A stretch of 63,213 bases of DNA, filler included, from Reticulomyxa filosa (taxonomy: Eukaryota; Protista; Foraminifera), in the NCBI GenBank assembly GCA_000512085.1. It is 22 parts of 22 records of this genome, joined end to end, with 100 filler letters (N's around TTAATTAATTAA, not from the genome) between each part and the next. Parts side by side here need not be neighbours in the genome. Positions count along the whole stretch, not along the records: positions 10,438 to 12,665 come from ASPP01023807.1; positions 12,766 to 14,431 come from ASPP01014295.1; positions 14,532 to 16,871 come from ASPP01008996.1; positions 16,972 to 18,193 come from ASPP01014475.1; positions 18,294 to 22,235 come from ASPP01003522.1; positions 22,336 to 24,887 come from ASPP01003083.1; positions 24,988 to 27,467 come from ASPP01020139.1; 15 more parts are not named here. The stretch is one strand, 5' to 3'. Position numbers and translations under genes: made by a program. Shown here in pieces: positions 12,180 through 26,275 of this stretch (positions are counted from its first letter, which is position 1; each line of letters opens with the position of its first letter). The notes beneath the pieces are model-generated. The model saw nothing but the letters and a program-made list of their open reading frames with translations. It was not told the origin of the DNA and ran no database searches.

Positions 12180-12665
12180 ATGGCACAGAAAACATTAAAA
12201 AACGCACCAACTGCACGCACCGTGCAATCTTCAAACACACTGAACAATCAAGTGAAAAAGAAAGTGTATTCAACGATAATCCACAATGCAACATCTGACT
12301 TTAAGACAAATGAAGCCAGTATCTCTTCAACATCCAATCAAAAAATGAAATCACCACCTCATTTGGCCACCAATCCTAAATATCTTCCAAAAAAATCTGA
12401 TAAAAATGTTCTGACGGCGGGGGCTAGTGGGTCACTCCTTGCTGAAAGAAAGGACCAAGAAGCTACAGAACTGTCATCACAATCAAAAGCAGCCAACTTT
12501 ATGACAAACTCAAGGTTAAAACTTCCAATAAAATCGCCTGAATCCAAACTCGGCAGTAGTAAAACAATGCATCTGTTTTACAAGCCAAAAAAATCTGAAA
12601 ACGAAAATATAGAGGTGAAGAAAAGTTGCATTGATAAAAAAATTACCTTTTTTTGTAATAGTTTT
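12180..12665 (+). CDS. Hypothetical S/K/T-rich N-terminal fragment (truncated by contig end)
   Basis: ATG-initiated open frame of ~160 codons with no recognisable domain. Confidence 0.4.
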
Positions 12666-12779
12666 NNNNNNNNNNNNNNNNNNNNNNNNNNNNNNNNNNN
12701 NNNNNNNNNTTAATTAATTAANNNNNNNNNNNNNNNNNNNNNNNNNNNNNNNNNNNNNNNNNNNNAAAAAAAAAAAAAA

Positions 12780-13094
12780 AATCTGCAACATATACGTGTT
12801 TTGTTGTTTGGAATTGAATTGGTGAGTAACGAGGTCAATGGCCCACATTGTGAGGACTGCATGAATCACCACTGAAAATAACACCATCCCACACAATGCC
12901 AGTGAGTGCAACACAAAGTATCCGGGCTCTTCGTAGTGCAACACCGCCCATAGCAATTCGCATCCAATGTACAACGGCAATGTGATGTGGACGTATGTAG
13001 GAATTTCAAACATATCCATTATGTACCACGTCTTCTCAAATATCTCGATCCCCAAAGGAGGGATCGGTTGGTACATATTTGGAGAATTTTTCAC
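12780..13094 (-). CDS. Exon of a hypothetical membrane protein (fragment)
   Basis: Open frame with hydrophobic segments (ITLPLYIGCELLWAVL; LALCGMVLFSVVIHAVLTMWAI). Confidence 0.35.
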
Positions 13095-13638
13095 TGTGCG
13101 AGTGAAATCCGAATCTGTTCATTCGATTTATTTTTTTTTTTTACACGTTGTTTAAAGGAAAAATAACATTTTTTTTGAAAAGGTTTTCTTGTTTTGCTCG
13201 TATACTCCAAAACCAACCTTGTCGAACAAAATTTTTATCTTCATTGTTGGTATCTCGACGTGGAGATTCAAGCATTCCTCCTTTCGTTACTATGTTCTAG
13301 GCAAATATTGATTATTACTTGCTGTTTCAATATGAAATGCCCTAACAAAAAAATCTTGCAATACTTGAGACAAGCAGTTCTGCTTCCGTCCAAAGCAACT
13401 TATAACTATAAAAGATTCAAAAAAATAAAAGATAAAAATTGTTTTTAGGAAATATTTAACGTGAGGAAAAAAGAGTTATATTTTTCATTAAAAATCCCGT
13501 CTTCAAATACTAGAAACAATTTTTGAGCAAAAATTGTGAGTTATGTAACAGTTGTTCAGTTTAACGTGTTCCAAAAAAAGTTGACATAATTTTTTCCCTC
13601 CCCTTTCCTTTTTTTTTTTTGCAACAGGGAGTTGCATC

Positions 13639-14350
13639 ATGCGTTCAAGTGGTAACTTGGTAGTGCATTCTCAGCAACTTTCACTGTTAAATTCGACAGA
13701 TGGGACAGCACAAGCAGTATCGGTGGCGATAGAGACGTCATCGGGCAGTTCGTGGTCCCCACCGGCCGTGGGTTCTGCAACACAAGCTCCTCGTCGTTTC
13801 GTATCGTTCGACGAAGGATGGAACATAATAAACAATACAGGAATAAAAGAAGTTGTTGGCGATGATAAAGTCGGATATGAACATAACAGCAAAGACTCGC
13901 GGGATAAGCCAAAAGGAGTTTCTATTGATTTACACGACAGTGTACAACATGTGTTTGCAAAAAACGCCAGGCAATTATGCCGAGCAGTTGTACAACAAGT
14001 ATCACGAAACAATCAAAGATTACTTAGTGCATTACACAAAGGCCAAACTGCAACATTGTAAAGAGCGTTTGGGGAGTATTGAAAACGAGTACTTTTTGAT
14101 TGAGTTGGTCAAGCAATATCGCCATTACAAGTTCTTTGCCAAATGGCTGATAGAGACCTTTCGTTATTTGGATCAGCATTTCATATCTCGAACCAAAAAA
14201 CTGCCCCTTCGCGAAATCGCAAGTTACGAGTTTTACCAAGAAATTTTCATGAACTTACGTAAGGAGTGTGTATCAATGGCATTGCGATTGGTCGAAAAAG
14301 ACAGAAATCATGGCGACTATAGAGTCCACAGCAATAGCAATACCAATGAC

Positions 14351-14431
<81 letters not shown>
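13639..14431 (+). CDS. Cullin (CUL1-like) N-terminal region, 3' partial; 1-nt frameshift at ~13845-13848
   Basis: VSFDEGWNII..GIK in frame 1 continues as KLLAMIK...FLLIYTTVYNMCLQKTPGNYAEQLYNKY...WLIETFRYLDQHFI in frame 2, matching cullin repeat motifs (LYTTIYNMCTQK, FxYLDRYF). Confidence 0.85.
14351..14431 (+). repeat. (AAT)n microsatellite (poly-Asn) at contig end
   Basis: Uninterrupted AAT run up to the linker. Similar simple repeats end many contigs. Confidence 0.95.
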
Positions 14432-14531
14432 NNNNNNNNNNNNNNNNNNNNNNNNNNNNNNNNNNNNNNNNNNNNTTAATTAATTAANNNNNNNNNNNNN
14501 NNNNNNNNNNNNNNNNNNNNNNNNNNNNNNN

Positions 14532-15025
14532 CGAAGGACGCGGCGTACAAGTCGGACGAGTCCATCATCATCGGTAACACCTGCCTGTACGGCGCTACCG
14601 GTGGCCAGCTGTTTGCCGCGGGCGTGGCAGGCGAGCGTTTCGCGGTGCGTAACTCCGGCGCGCTGGCCGTGATCGAAGGTGCTGGTGACCACTGCTGCGA
14701 ATACATGACCGGCGGCAGTGTGATCGTGCTGGGCGAAACCGGCTACAACTTCGGGGCCGGCATGACCGGGGGCTTTGCCTTCGTTTACGACCGTGCCGAG
14801 AAGTTTGCCTACCGCTACAACAACGAGCTGGTTGACATCAACCTGATCAACGGCGAAGCGATGGGCATGTACCGTGCCTACCTGCTGGAGAAGATTGCCA
14901 AGCACGTGGAGCTTACCGGTTCCGAAACCGGCCGCGCCATGCTGGAAAACTTCGACGACTACGTGGACTACTTCTGGCTGGTGAAGCCCAAGGCCGCCAA
15001 GCTGGAAAGCCTGCTGAAAGACTGA
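14532..15025 (+). CDS. gltB: Glutamate synthase large subunit, C-terminal GXGXG domain (5' partial), bacterial
   Basis: [51 protein letters not shown]...NFGAGMTGG, with GC-rich bacterial codon usage. Confidence 0.97.
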
Positions 15026-15064
15026 TAGGGACGGGCGGGTTTGTCCGCCCCTTGATAGCAATGA

Positions 15065-16686
<1,622 letters not shown>

Positions 16687-16756
16687 TGCACCTGTCCAAC
16701 ACCGCTGAATTGATAGGTAATCATCTTTCAACAGCCACTGCTATTAGGAGAGATAA

Positions 16757-16871
16757 ATGGCAATTCGTCCTCTGCACGATCGTGTTGTTATCAAACGCCT
16801 CGAGGCTGAAGAAAAAACCGCTTCCGGCATCGTTCTGCCGGGCGCCGCTGCTGAAAAGCCGGACATGGGTG
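16757..16871 (+). CDS. groES: Co-chaperonin GroES (3' partial), bacterial
   Basis: AGGAG SD at 16746-16750; translation [38 protein letters not shown]. Not in the supplied ORF track. Confidence 0.97.
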
Positions 16872-16984
16872 NNNNNNNNNNNNNNNNNNNNNNNNNNNNN
16901 NNNNNNNNNNNNNNNTTAATTAATTAANNNNNNNNNNNNNNNNNNNNNNNNNNNNNNNNNNNNNNNNNNNNGGGGGGGGGGAAG

Positions 16985-17016
<32 letters not shown>

Positions 17017-17018
<2 letters not shown>

Positions 17019-18043
17019 GGCCGAAAAAATCAAGATGCGGGAAGATTTTGTCACGCGCAATGGCCTGCAAAATGCGACTACCTCCGAACAACGCACCGAG
17101 CCCACTGGACGACGCACACACCAAAACGCCAATGATAACAAAGTAATAGCCCCAATCGTTGTAGGACGAGTCTTGCATGACAGTGGTGCGATTGACCAAC
17201 ACTTCAGCGGTGAAAGCGCCTGCGGCGGACACGATGATGCAAGCGTAGGTGAGTACTGCGGTCAGTACTGCCCACAGTGTCCCAACGGGGATGGAGCGAG
17301 CAGGATTGGCCAAATCACCCGACAAGTTCGCACCCTCCATTATTCCAGTCGCCGCCGGAAATAATACACCAAATGTTCGTTGAAAATTGTAGCAACCTCC
17401 GGACCACTTTTTGTTGCGGAGGAGGAAAGGGGAGAAGAAGTTAACATAAGTAATATACACACACACACACATTATAAATAAATACATATATGTATGCAAT
17501 ATAATTCGATCCTCAAATCAATCAAACAATAAATCCCTGTTGTTGTTGTTGTTGTTGACAAAACTGAATCGTCACATTTGGGGGGCGGCCAGTTGTGACG
17601 GAACCTTGTGAGGGTCCACCTTTCGTGGTAGTACCCTTTGCTGGAGTCAATGGCAAAGTGACCTCGTGTGAACATGGCAATGACCGGGAGCAACGTAGCG
17701 CTAACTTGGATAATGAACAGAGGGACATTGACTTTGGTAAACCAGCGGGCCCCCATGATGGCGATTATTAAGCAGCCTGCTAATATCAGCGACGCATAGG
17801 CCACGGTTAGCCAAAAGTGATCGTAAGGGTCCCCGTACCACGTGCTCACCAACTCCTCCGCAAATCCGATCGAATAAAACGCCACTCCTACGCAGTACGC
17901 CGCATAGAATAATATGCCAACGCTTCCGCCAAACTCGGGTCCCAACGTGCGACTTATCATAAAGTAGCTGCCACCACCGCTCATGTTCCCATTACTTACT
18001 ATCGCACTTAACGAGAGTACTGTTATTATTGCTTGCGTTTCTG
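17017..18043 (-). CDS. SLC12/cation-chloride cotransporter family (SLC12A9/CCC-like), two internal exons
   Basis: LSLSAIVSNGNMSGGGSYFMISRTLGPEFGGSVG and FGVLFPAATGIMEGANLSGDLANPARSIPVGT...GGSRILQAIARD are hallmark SLC12 motifs. Intron at ~17405-17565. Confidence 0.92.
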
Positions 18044-19339
18044 CTATTAAAAATATTAAACTTTTTTTTTTCCCCCCCAAAAAAAAAAAAAAAAAAAGGG
18101 GAGAGAGAGAGAAAAAAAAAAAATACAATTTTTAAATGAATAAATTTCCTTTTTGTTTTTTTTTTCAAAAAAAAAAAAAAAAAAAAAAAAAAANNNNNNN
18201 NNNNNNNNNNNNNNNNNNNNNNNNNNNNNNNNNNNNNTTAATTAATTAANNNNNNNNNNNNNNNNNNNNNNNNNNNNNNNNNNNNNNNNNNNNAAAAAAT
18301 CATATTTTTGATCACCTAGAAAAAACTTATCATAAAACCAATTTAATATTTAAAAACTACAAGATTATTATATATTTTTTTAAAAAAATTAGGTTTAAAT
18401 CTTTATTTTTCATGGAGAAAATCGATTCTCTTCATATAGTGCCATTTAGGTATGTCAGCTTTTTTTGCAATTTACTGTATTTAAATCTATTTACAATATA
18501 CAAAAAAATGTAATATATAAAGATTAAATATTTATTTAAAAGAAAGACTGTTAGCATTAGTTGTTGAAAAAGAGTTTAATTTTGCAAATGTAACTCGTAG
18601 ATATTTTCATAATAACAATTGTTACTTTATACAATATTAATCTAAACATAATGACAATGACAAGTCCAAATGAATAAAAATATTAAAGCAATTTTTCATT
18701 ACTAGACTATATCAAGAAATGAAATTAATATAAAAACATAAGTGAAGAAGAAACAACACAAGTTTCACGCAAATGAGAAATTGCACTAACAAAAGATTCA
18801 TCAACAATCTCTTTGGAACATACAATCGACAGCTAAAAAAAGATCCCTCAAAATGGACCCTTACAAAGAAACACATGAATCTTCATATGTGTTCATTTAG
18901 CGATCTTTTTTTTACCTGTCGATTGTATACCGAAAACAATAGAATTAGAAAAATATAATAATAAAAATTTTCTCTTTCTTCTTTTAGCCATATTAACTAA
19001 GCTATCACATTCTCACTAATTTCTGTCTTGTATTTAAATAAAAAACAGTTTATTACGAATAAGTTTTGCATTTGATAAAAAACAAAGAGTTTGTTTAATT
19101 GAATTGGATATATATTAACAAAAAGTTAAAAACATTGAATGAAAGTGTTACAACTTGAACATAATTTGGACATCATTTAAATAATTTGAAAAGCTTGTGC
19201 TATAATACTGTGATGAGTTGGAGAAAATGTTTTGAATCGAGTATCTATTTGCAACAAGTTGCTGAAATACTCGAACAAAAGCAAGCGCCCTGACAAATTA
19301 AAAAACAAAAAGAAATTTTTTAAAAACACAACATCAAAG

Positions 19340-20785
19340 ATGTCAAAAGGCCACGAAAAAGACGAGCATTTACCCGAAAATGCAGAATTCGCAAAAGTGT
19401 TGGGTGTAAACGTGGAAAAACAGAGCGAAAATGCGACGTCTCCACGGTGGTGGGACGAAGTAATGGAAGACGTGGGATCCCCAAAATCAGTTTCGTTGTC
19501 TCAACTATTGGACGCGAAGGCGGAAAAAAAACCGGAAGCAGAATTGAACACAGAAGGATTAGAGGACTTCTTTTCTTCGATTCATTTTGACAACCAGCCG
19601 CAACAACAGCCTCAGCAGCAGCAGCAAGCAGCGAAGTCGGAGAATATCGACTTTATGGATGATATGCTAGGCAATGAGGTGAATCCCAAAGTTGAAGAAA
19701 CGAAAACAAGCGAAAGCAAAACAAGTGAAAGCAAAACAGGAGACCAACAAAAACCAGTTAAAGAAGGACCACAGGCGAGCTCAAGCACAAGCGTTGCAGC
19801 CACAAAGGAAACAGAAAAGGAAAAAAAATCAAATAATGGAAATGACAACAAAGCAAAATACGTATTTGGCAAATCTTCAGAAAACAAATACTGGTCACAA
19901 GTACATGACGAAGATTTGTATGAAAAAGGATGGAAGTTTCTGAAAGAAGGAGAACATGGATACCATGACGCGATTATGTGTTTTGAGGCAGTCATTGGGA
20001 ACCCCAGTACAAGCAAAAAGTTACCTAAAAACGTAAGTTTGCCAGACATTTGGCGCATATTGGGAGAATGTCAAATGGAAAACAGCAACAAACTACTGGC
20101 GATCGCCGCGTTGGAGGAGTGCCTACGATTGAATGAAAAAGACTGCATCGCGATGATGGAATTGGCAACAGGTTATGCCAATGAAGGGGATGGACCTCGT
20201 ACGATCAAGTACTCGCATTTATATTTAAAAACGAACAGCAAATATCAGGCATTGCTCGGGGATTTGTATGCGTCGTATTCGGATGAAGATATTACGGCGT
20301 ACGATTTGATTGATTTATATTCGAATTTGGTCCAATCTCAAAAGCAGCCCAATATTGACTCACATCGTATTCTTGGCATTCTTCATTTTGTAACCGCCGA
20401 TTATTCCAAAGCTGCGGACCAATTTAAAACGTGTGTTCATCTGGATCCGAAGAATCATACGCTATGGAATCAATTGGGAAAATGTTTCTCCAATTCTGGG
20501 CTTTCCAAACTGGCATTGGAGGCTTATCAGAAAGCCCTGGAATTGAAACCCAATTATGTTCAAGCGCTAATAAATGTCGCAAAGGAATACTCTATTGAAA
20601 AGAATTATGAAAATGCATGTCAGTGTTACATTAAAGCTTTGCTCCAAAATGCAAACGCAAACGTTTGGGAAGATTTTGCGGCTGCACTTAAGGCAACAAA
20701 TCGCACTGAAATTGCTGAATCAATATTAACAAATCCTGAAAAAAGAGACATTAAGAAGATTTGGTTGTTGTGTGCACGAAAGTGA
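19340..20785 (+). CDS. Divergent PEX5-like TPR protein, intronless
   Basis: Acidic disordered N-half, then PEX5-type TPRs (IWRILGECQMEN..LLAIAALEECL...ATGYANEG; LWNQLG..SNSG....AYQKALELKPNYVQA.IN). Likely start MSKGHE at 19340. Confidence 0.8.
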   Translation: MSKGHEKDEHLPENAEFAKVLGVNVEKQSENATSPRWWDEVMEDVGSPKSVSLSQLLDAKAEKKPEAELNTEGLEDFFSSIHFDNQPQQQPQQQQQAAKSENIDFMDDMLGNEVNPKVEETKTSESKTSESKTGDQQKPVKEGPQASSSTSVAATKETEKEKKSNNGNDNKAKYVFGKSSENKYWSQVHDEDLYEKGWKFLKEGEHGYHDAIMCFEAVIGNPSTSKKLPKNVSLPDIWRILGECQMENSNKLLAIAALEECLRLNEKDCIAMMELATGYANEGDGPRTIKYSHLYLKTNSKYQALLGDLYASYSDEDITAYDLIDLYSNLVQSQKQPNIDSHRILGILHFVTADYSKAADQFKTCVHLDPKNHTLWNQLGKCFSNSGLSKLALEAYQKALELKPNYVQALINVAKEYSIEKNYENACQCYIKALLQNANANVWEDFAAALKATNRTEIAESILTNPEKRDIKKIWLLCARK

Positions 20786-21178
20786 AAATTTTTTTCGTTA
20801 TATGTTTAGTTAGTTAGGCATTTTTAGATTTTGTTTGAAAAGTGTTTTGGACAAATCTTTTTTGATACGTGTCAAATCATTTAACGAACTAGATTCCGTA
20901 TTCATATATATGTTCGAAATTTTGGTTTCTGGGGTTAGATAACTCATTCAAGCAAGAGATGGAGCAAGACAACACAACCCAATCATTTTTGATTGAAGTA
21001 AACCAGGAAACTTGTGAATTTTGTTTTGGTGCACAAGTACATAGATTGGGATTTTGTTTGCCGGATATATTTCAATCGAGTTTTTGATAATATGTTGAAT
21101 GTTTTCTTTAATAAATGTTTTTGAACGATTCATTTTTATTTTTAAAAACTTCATCATTGTTCCCACATTTTAATAATT

Positions 21179-22112
21179 TTAATATATGTATGGGATCATT
21201 CTGTATGGCACTTGATTCGTGTAAATGGACCAATCTTCTTTATATTTTTGGGCGCATCGTTGATCGTCCCTCCTTTCTCTGTGCAGCAATAATATTCCAA
21301 AATATAAAGGATTAAAAAACACGATAGCGCTGCATGCATACCAATATTGAGGGCAGCAACACAAAGAAGCGGCAAGTGACATAAGCCAATCACCCGTGTA
21401 GTTCATATGTCTTGCAATTGACCACCATCCACTTGTTAATAATTTTGTGCCTGTCTTGGTTTGTAAATAACTCACCGGCTTTCCCCAAATGTGCATTTTT
21501 TGGACATGTTGTGCATCCAAAGTGCGAAATTTGTGTTTTTGCAAATTGGACTGACGGAAAACATAGTACCCAAAGACGAAAATGATAAAAATCACAGTAT
21601 ACAAAATATAATCGGTCGGAGATACGGCACTTTGTGTTGGATTGCTAGCATAGTGATATATATGATAAAAATGCAGACATTGGACTTGCAAAGTATAAGT
21701 CCAGGGAACCCACACCAAGTCTCCAAAGGCTAGCATGAATCCAAACTTATCGTGAATCAAATCTAAGGTTGTCTGTGTCAAAAGACGATGTAATGTTTTG
21801 TGCAAGGAAAAAAAAAAAAAAAAAAAGAGCAAAGCAGTAAAACAAATACGAACGAAACAAGAATAGCATCTTCAAACCAAAAATAGTCAGAAATATACCA
21901 CCAATGTAATATTGAAATAAGTAACATTGGAAAGCACAATTGTTGTGTCTTTTTCCAAGCGTCAAAGGTATATGTGAAATTTAAAAAAACCCACAGTTGT
22001 AGTCCAGGCCTGGCCTCACAAAACAACTTTAAATCAAATTCGCGTCCAATTCTTGGAATGCGGCTGAAGCCCATCCAAAAGTCATACATTATATTACCAC
22101 TCAAAGCAAAAC
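21179..22112 (-). CDS. ERG24: Sterol delta-14 reductase (ERG24/TM7SF2/LBR family), 5' partial
   Basis: YDFWMG...PRIG..FDLKLFCEARPG; after intron 21858-21773, TTLDLIHDKFGFMLAFGDLVWVPWTYTLQ...LLTSGWWSIARHMNYTGD...LLHRERRDDQRCAQKY...VPYRMIPYIY. Confidence 0.88.
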
Positions 22113-22196
22113 CTATGTTTCACGTTGCATTCATTTGCTTTATTCTTTGCTTGCCTTCAAAATGGCAGAATGCCAGCAAGTAAGTCTTTGGTTTCA

Positions 22197-22235
<39 letters not shown>

Positions 22236-22357
22236 NNNNNNNNNNNNNNNNNNNNNNNNNNNNNNNNNNNNNNNNNNNNTTAATTAATTAANNNNNNNNN
22301 NNNNNNNNNNNNNNNNNNNNNNNNNNNNNNNNNNNAAAAAAAAAAAAAAAAAAAAAT

Positions 22358-22958
22358 TTATTTAACAATAGGTCTATTCAATTCGGTACTGCTTGCAAAT
22401 GTAAGACCGTTCATAAATTGTCCTTCAAAATGCAAGACAACTTTGTCATTAAGAGTTGGAGTGCGTTGTGATAATAAATCATTATTTTGATTCTCTGCAT
22501 TTTGAATTATTTTATATTGTAAACCACTTTTTAATACCACAACTCCTTCTCTTGTACTATTCCATTCCAAAAACTTTTCTCGTTGATAACGCTGTCGTTC
22601 CAATTGACCAACTGCCTCCTTTTCAATAGCTTTTGGAAACTTTTTATATGTACATTTTTGAAATATATATGTATATATTCATATGTAATCATTTATTATC
22701 CAATACATGAAAATACACGTTCAATACCAAATAAGGACGAGCAAGGTAAAATGTCTGCAATCCCACAAATGTAAATACAAGCATCATTGGAATTTTTCGA
22801 AAAATAGGAGGAAGCTTTCGCGGAGGACGCGGAAGGGCTTTGACATGTTGATTATTGTGCCGAAGAGAAAACACGTAAGGAAATGAAGGTGAAGAAACAG
22901 AGCGAGACACTTTGAATTGACGAGAATGAATAATCATGGAGTGAAAAGAAGCAGCCAT
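22358..22958 (-). CDS. Mip/FkpA-type FKBP peptidyl-prolyl isomerase with organellar-targeting-like N-terminus (3' partial)
   Basis: FLEWNSTREGVVVLKSGLQYKII..TPTLNDKVVLHFEGQFMNGLTFASS matches FKBP_N/FKBP. The first exon is R/S-rich with a hydrophobic stretch. Confidence 0.75.
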
Positions 22959-23252
22959 TTACAAAGATTTTGGCCCTTTTTTTAGCTGGGCCTGCAAAAC
23001 GGTTCATCCTTTTTCAACAACATTGCTATTTTCTTTGCTGTCTTTACTACTAAGGCATAATAAGTAAAATGTATAACATTAACGACCACTTACGTCTTTT
23101 TATGTACGTTTAAAATTTGAGAAAAATTCGAAAAGACGAAATAAAAAGTAAAGAACAACTGGGCATTGCAAATATTGTTACATGTTTTGATGTCAAACCA
23201 AAAAAAGGTTTTTTTTTTTGTGGAAGCTAACACAACATTATTTATTTTTAGT

Positions 23253-24799
23253 ATGTTGTCATCTCAATCCCTTGGCCAAGCCATTGAAGATCTTGATCAA
23301 TGGACCTGTCCTTTTTCAAAATTATGCTTGACCTCTCCAAAAGCGATCCATCAAATTTGCCAACATTTGGACTTGCCCTCACTGATAAAATTTAACTCTA
23401 CCTGTCAATCAATTCACCAAATAATTCAAACGAATCCAAGTGAGTGTATCCGACAGCTGATATACAAATTCCCCAACCCACATATCTATCATCACTATTT
23501 GCAACTGGAAAGTGTGGACAACAACGTGTTCAAGGGTTTTACGCAAGTGGAGCACTTGGTGATACATTTCCACCCCCCGTCAATGTTGGATGTAGCGTCA
23601 GGGCGGCAAAGCTTGCAAGACTATGAAGCCGAATCAAAGCAAGTGAGCAACGACCACACGATCTACGGTGTGGATTCGACCTCAGTATCGTCCCAACCTT
23701 TGGCCTTTCGAAAAAATCGTGCATACAAAAAAGCAAATGACTACCAAGTGAAATCGTTCAGACATACACAAAAAAAAAAAAGGGGGAGAAAAATGAACTC
23801 CATTTCCCCCCCCCCCCTTCTGTTTTGCTCGTTTTTCAACAACAACAACAACAATTTTGACAAGCGATTTTCCGCAATTAAAATGACAACAAACAAATAA
23901 ACAAACAAAAGTTGATGAAGGAAGGCAATGAAGAAGAAGAAGAAGAAGGGCAAGAAGAGGAAGAAGAAGAAGAAAATCGAGAAGAAGTGAAAACAGGAGA
24001 TGACGCGGCAGTGGCGACAACAAAAGAGGAACAGAGACGCAAGACAAAGGGAAAACGCTATACTATGAGAAAAGCGAAAGTGGAAAATAGTATGTATTGC
24101 CGAAGCATTTTAAATCAGTGGAACGAGCGATTCGAAAATGTGAAAAAACTGGACATTTTTTTTTTTGGCGAATATTTATACAAACATGTCATTTGCAACG
24201 AATTAGATCGTATCTTGCCTTGCGTCAGACACTTGTCTTTATTCAAACAAGTGCCCCAAGAATTTGTTGATTATGATTTGTCCTTGGAAGACATGGACAA
24301 ACTGTATTGCCACGATGGTATGCACATATATCATATATATATATATATATATGTATATAAATGTATCAAATAATAAATAATAATAATAACATATGCATAC
24401 ATATACATATATATATATACATATATATATGTACAAAAAAAATAAATACATAAATAAATAAATAAAAGGTGCAAAAGTGTTGAAGGCATGTGGAAATGCG
24501 GAAAGCTTGACTGTGAACTTTCCACTTAGAGTGACTATTACCCCGTTTTCGAAAAGGGCAAGTTGCGACATGTGTACCGGTTGAAATTGAACACGCACGA
24601 GGAATACCAGGACGAGCCCTCGTCGTATTCGCAAAACATGATTGCTCTCACTCCGAAGACAACCCTGGTGTCGACGGTGAAGCTGCAGCTGTCGCTCATC
24701 AAGTACTTTAGTCCTCAAATGACAAGCTTGCATCTGCACGGTTCGTGCGGGTTTCAACGAATGGATTTGTTGTGGGGGAGTTTGAAGTTTTGCAAATAA
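23253..24799 (+). CDS. Multi-exon hypothetical protein with possible N-terminal F-box
   Basis: AIHQICQHLDLPSLIKFNSTCQSIHQI is F-box-like. Downstream exons 23912-24317 and ~24470-24799 carry LRR-like patterns (VKKLDI, VRHLSL, MTSLHL). Confidence 0.45.
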
Positions 24800-24855
24800 G
24801 ACATTAATGTATATGTATATATGTATATATACATATACATACATATATGTATATA

Positions 24856-24887
<32 letters not shown>

Positions 24888-24987
24888 NNNNNNNNNNNNN
24901 NNNNNNNNNNNNNNNNNNNNNNNNNNNNNNNTTAATTAATTAANNNNNNNNNNNNNNNNNNNNNNNNNNNNNNNNNNNNNNNNNNNN

Positions 24988-25048
<61 letters not shown>

Positions 25049-25077
25049 GTATACGTATATTCTCATTATTGCTATAG

Positions 25078-26275
25078 GAGTGGAAGAAGAAGAAGACTTA
25101 CGTGCTAGAACCAAATCGCATAGTGTGGTGCTTGAAAAGGCATTAGAGAAAATCTCCAAACAACAGAAACTACAGAAAACACACAGCGCGACCAAACATC
25201 AGGGTGCGGCGTCCATCACAGAAACCAACTTTCGACAGCTGTCCACGCCGACTCAATCCAATCGTGTGACTCTTGGAAACAGTATTACTAATAGTCGACG
25301 CTCTTCGCAGAATCGCAGTCGCGCTCCCACCATTGATCGCTTGGCCAAAATCTATGAAAGTGCGCCTGGAACACCTGGGTCTCCTGGCTCTCCAGGGTCT
25401 CCATCCCCTCCTCCTCCTCAAGGCGTTCGTCGCAAAATCGACAAGGCCTTGGTCACTACCAAAATTCGAATGAGCAAAGATTCATACAATGTCCTTCTCA
25501 AAATACTCTTTCAACACTCGGCCGCCAATGAAAAGCACGACCCCGTACGCGCCATTTGTCAAATGCTACTCGGCTACTTATTGTATGGTATTGAGCAGAG
25601 CCAACTGCGCTCCGAAGACGCCGACTCCAAAGTCGCCTCTTCCGTAGGCGACAGCGATGTCAAAGAGGGAGTCAAAAAAGACGGAGCCAATGATGACTTT
25701 GGTCTGAAATCGGTCCAACTCAACAAAATTCCTGCGCGCGCTTTTCTTTTGGATGTGGAGGCCTTTCGTACGCAAGTGAAACAAATTGTCGCACATGGAG
25801 TCAATGATCGTGCCGAAAGCGTTCGAGCTCACGCAATGAAACTTCTTCAAAAATTGGAGAAAACATTCAGCCAGTTAAACTTTATTTTTTTTTTTGTTTT
25901 TAAAAAAAAAATAATAACAAGAAATATATAAATATATATATAACTCACAGTCAAAACTTGGAAAAGTGGTTTGATAATGATACGTTGTATCGCTACACAA
26001 AATGGGCGAAACGACAAGAATACTCAAGTAGCGCCAAGTCTTCCAAAACAACCAAAAAACCAGAGCCTCAACAACGAACGCGCATGAGCATTGCTCAAAT
26101 GAAAGCTCAGGCAATGAAAAATAAGCAACAGAAAGATGCAGAAAACTCTCAAACTACCAATGAAACAACAGGAACATCACAAGAAAATGACAACAAAGGA
26201 TCGACAATAGAATCAAATATAAATACTAATGAATCTAATGATAACACAGAAAACAACAATGAACCTATCGACTAA
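25078..26275 (+). CDS. HEAT/CLASP-N-like protein, last exons (5' partial)
   Basis: EKHDPVRAICQMLLGYLL and VKQIVAHGVNDRAESVRAHAMKLL are HEAT-like. Intron at ~25874-25950. Confidence 0.45.
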
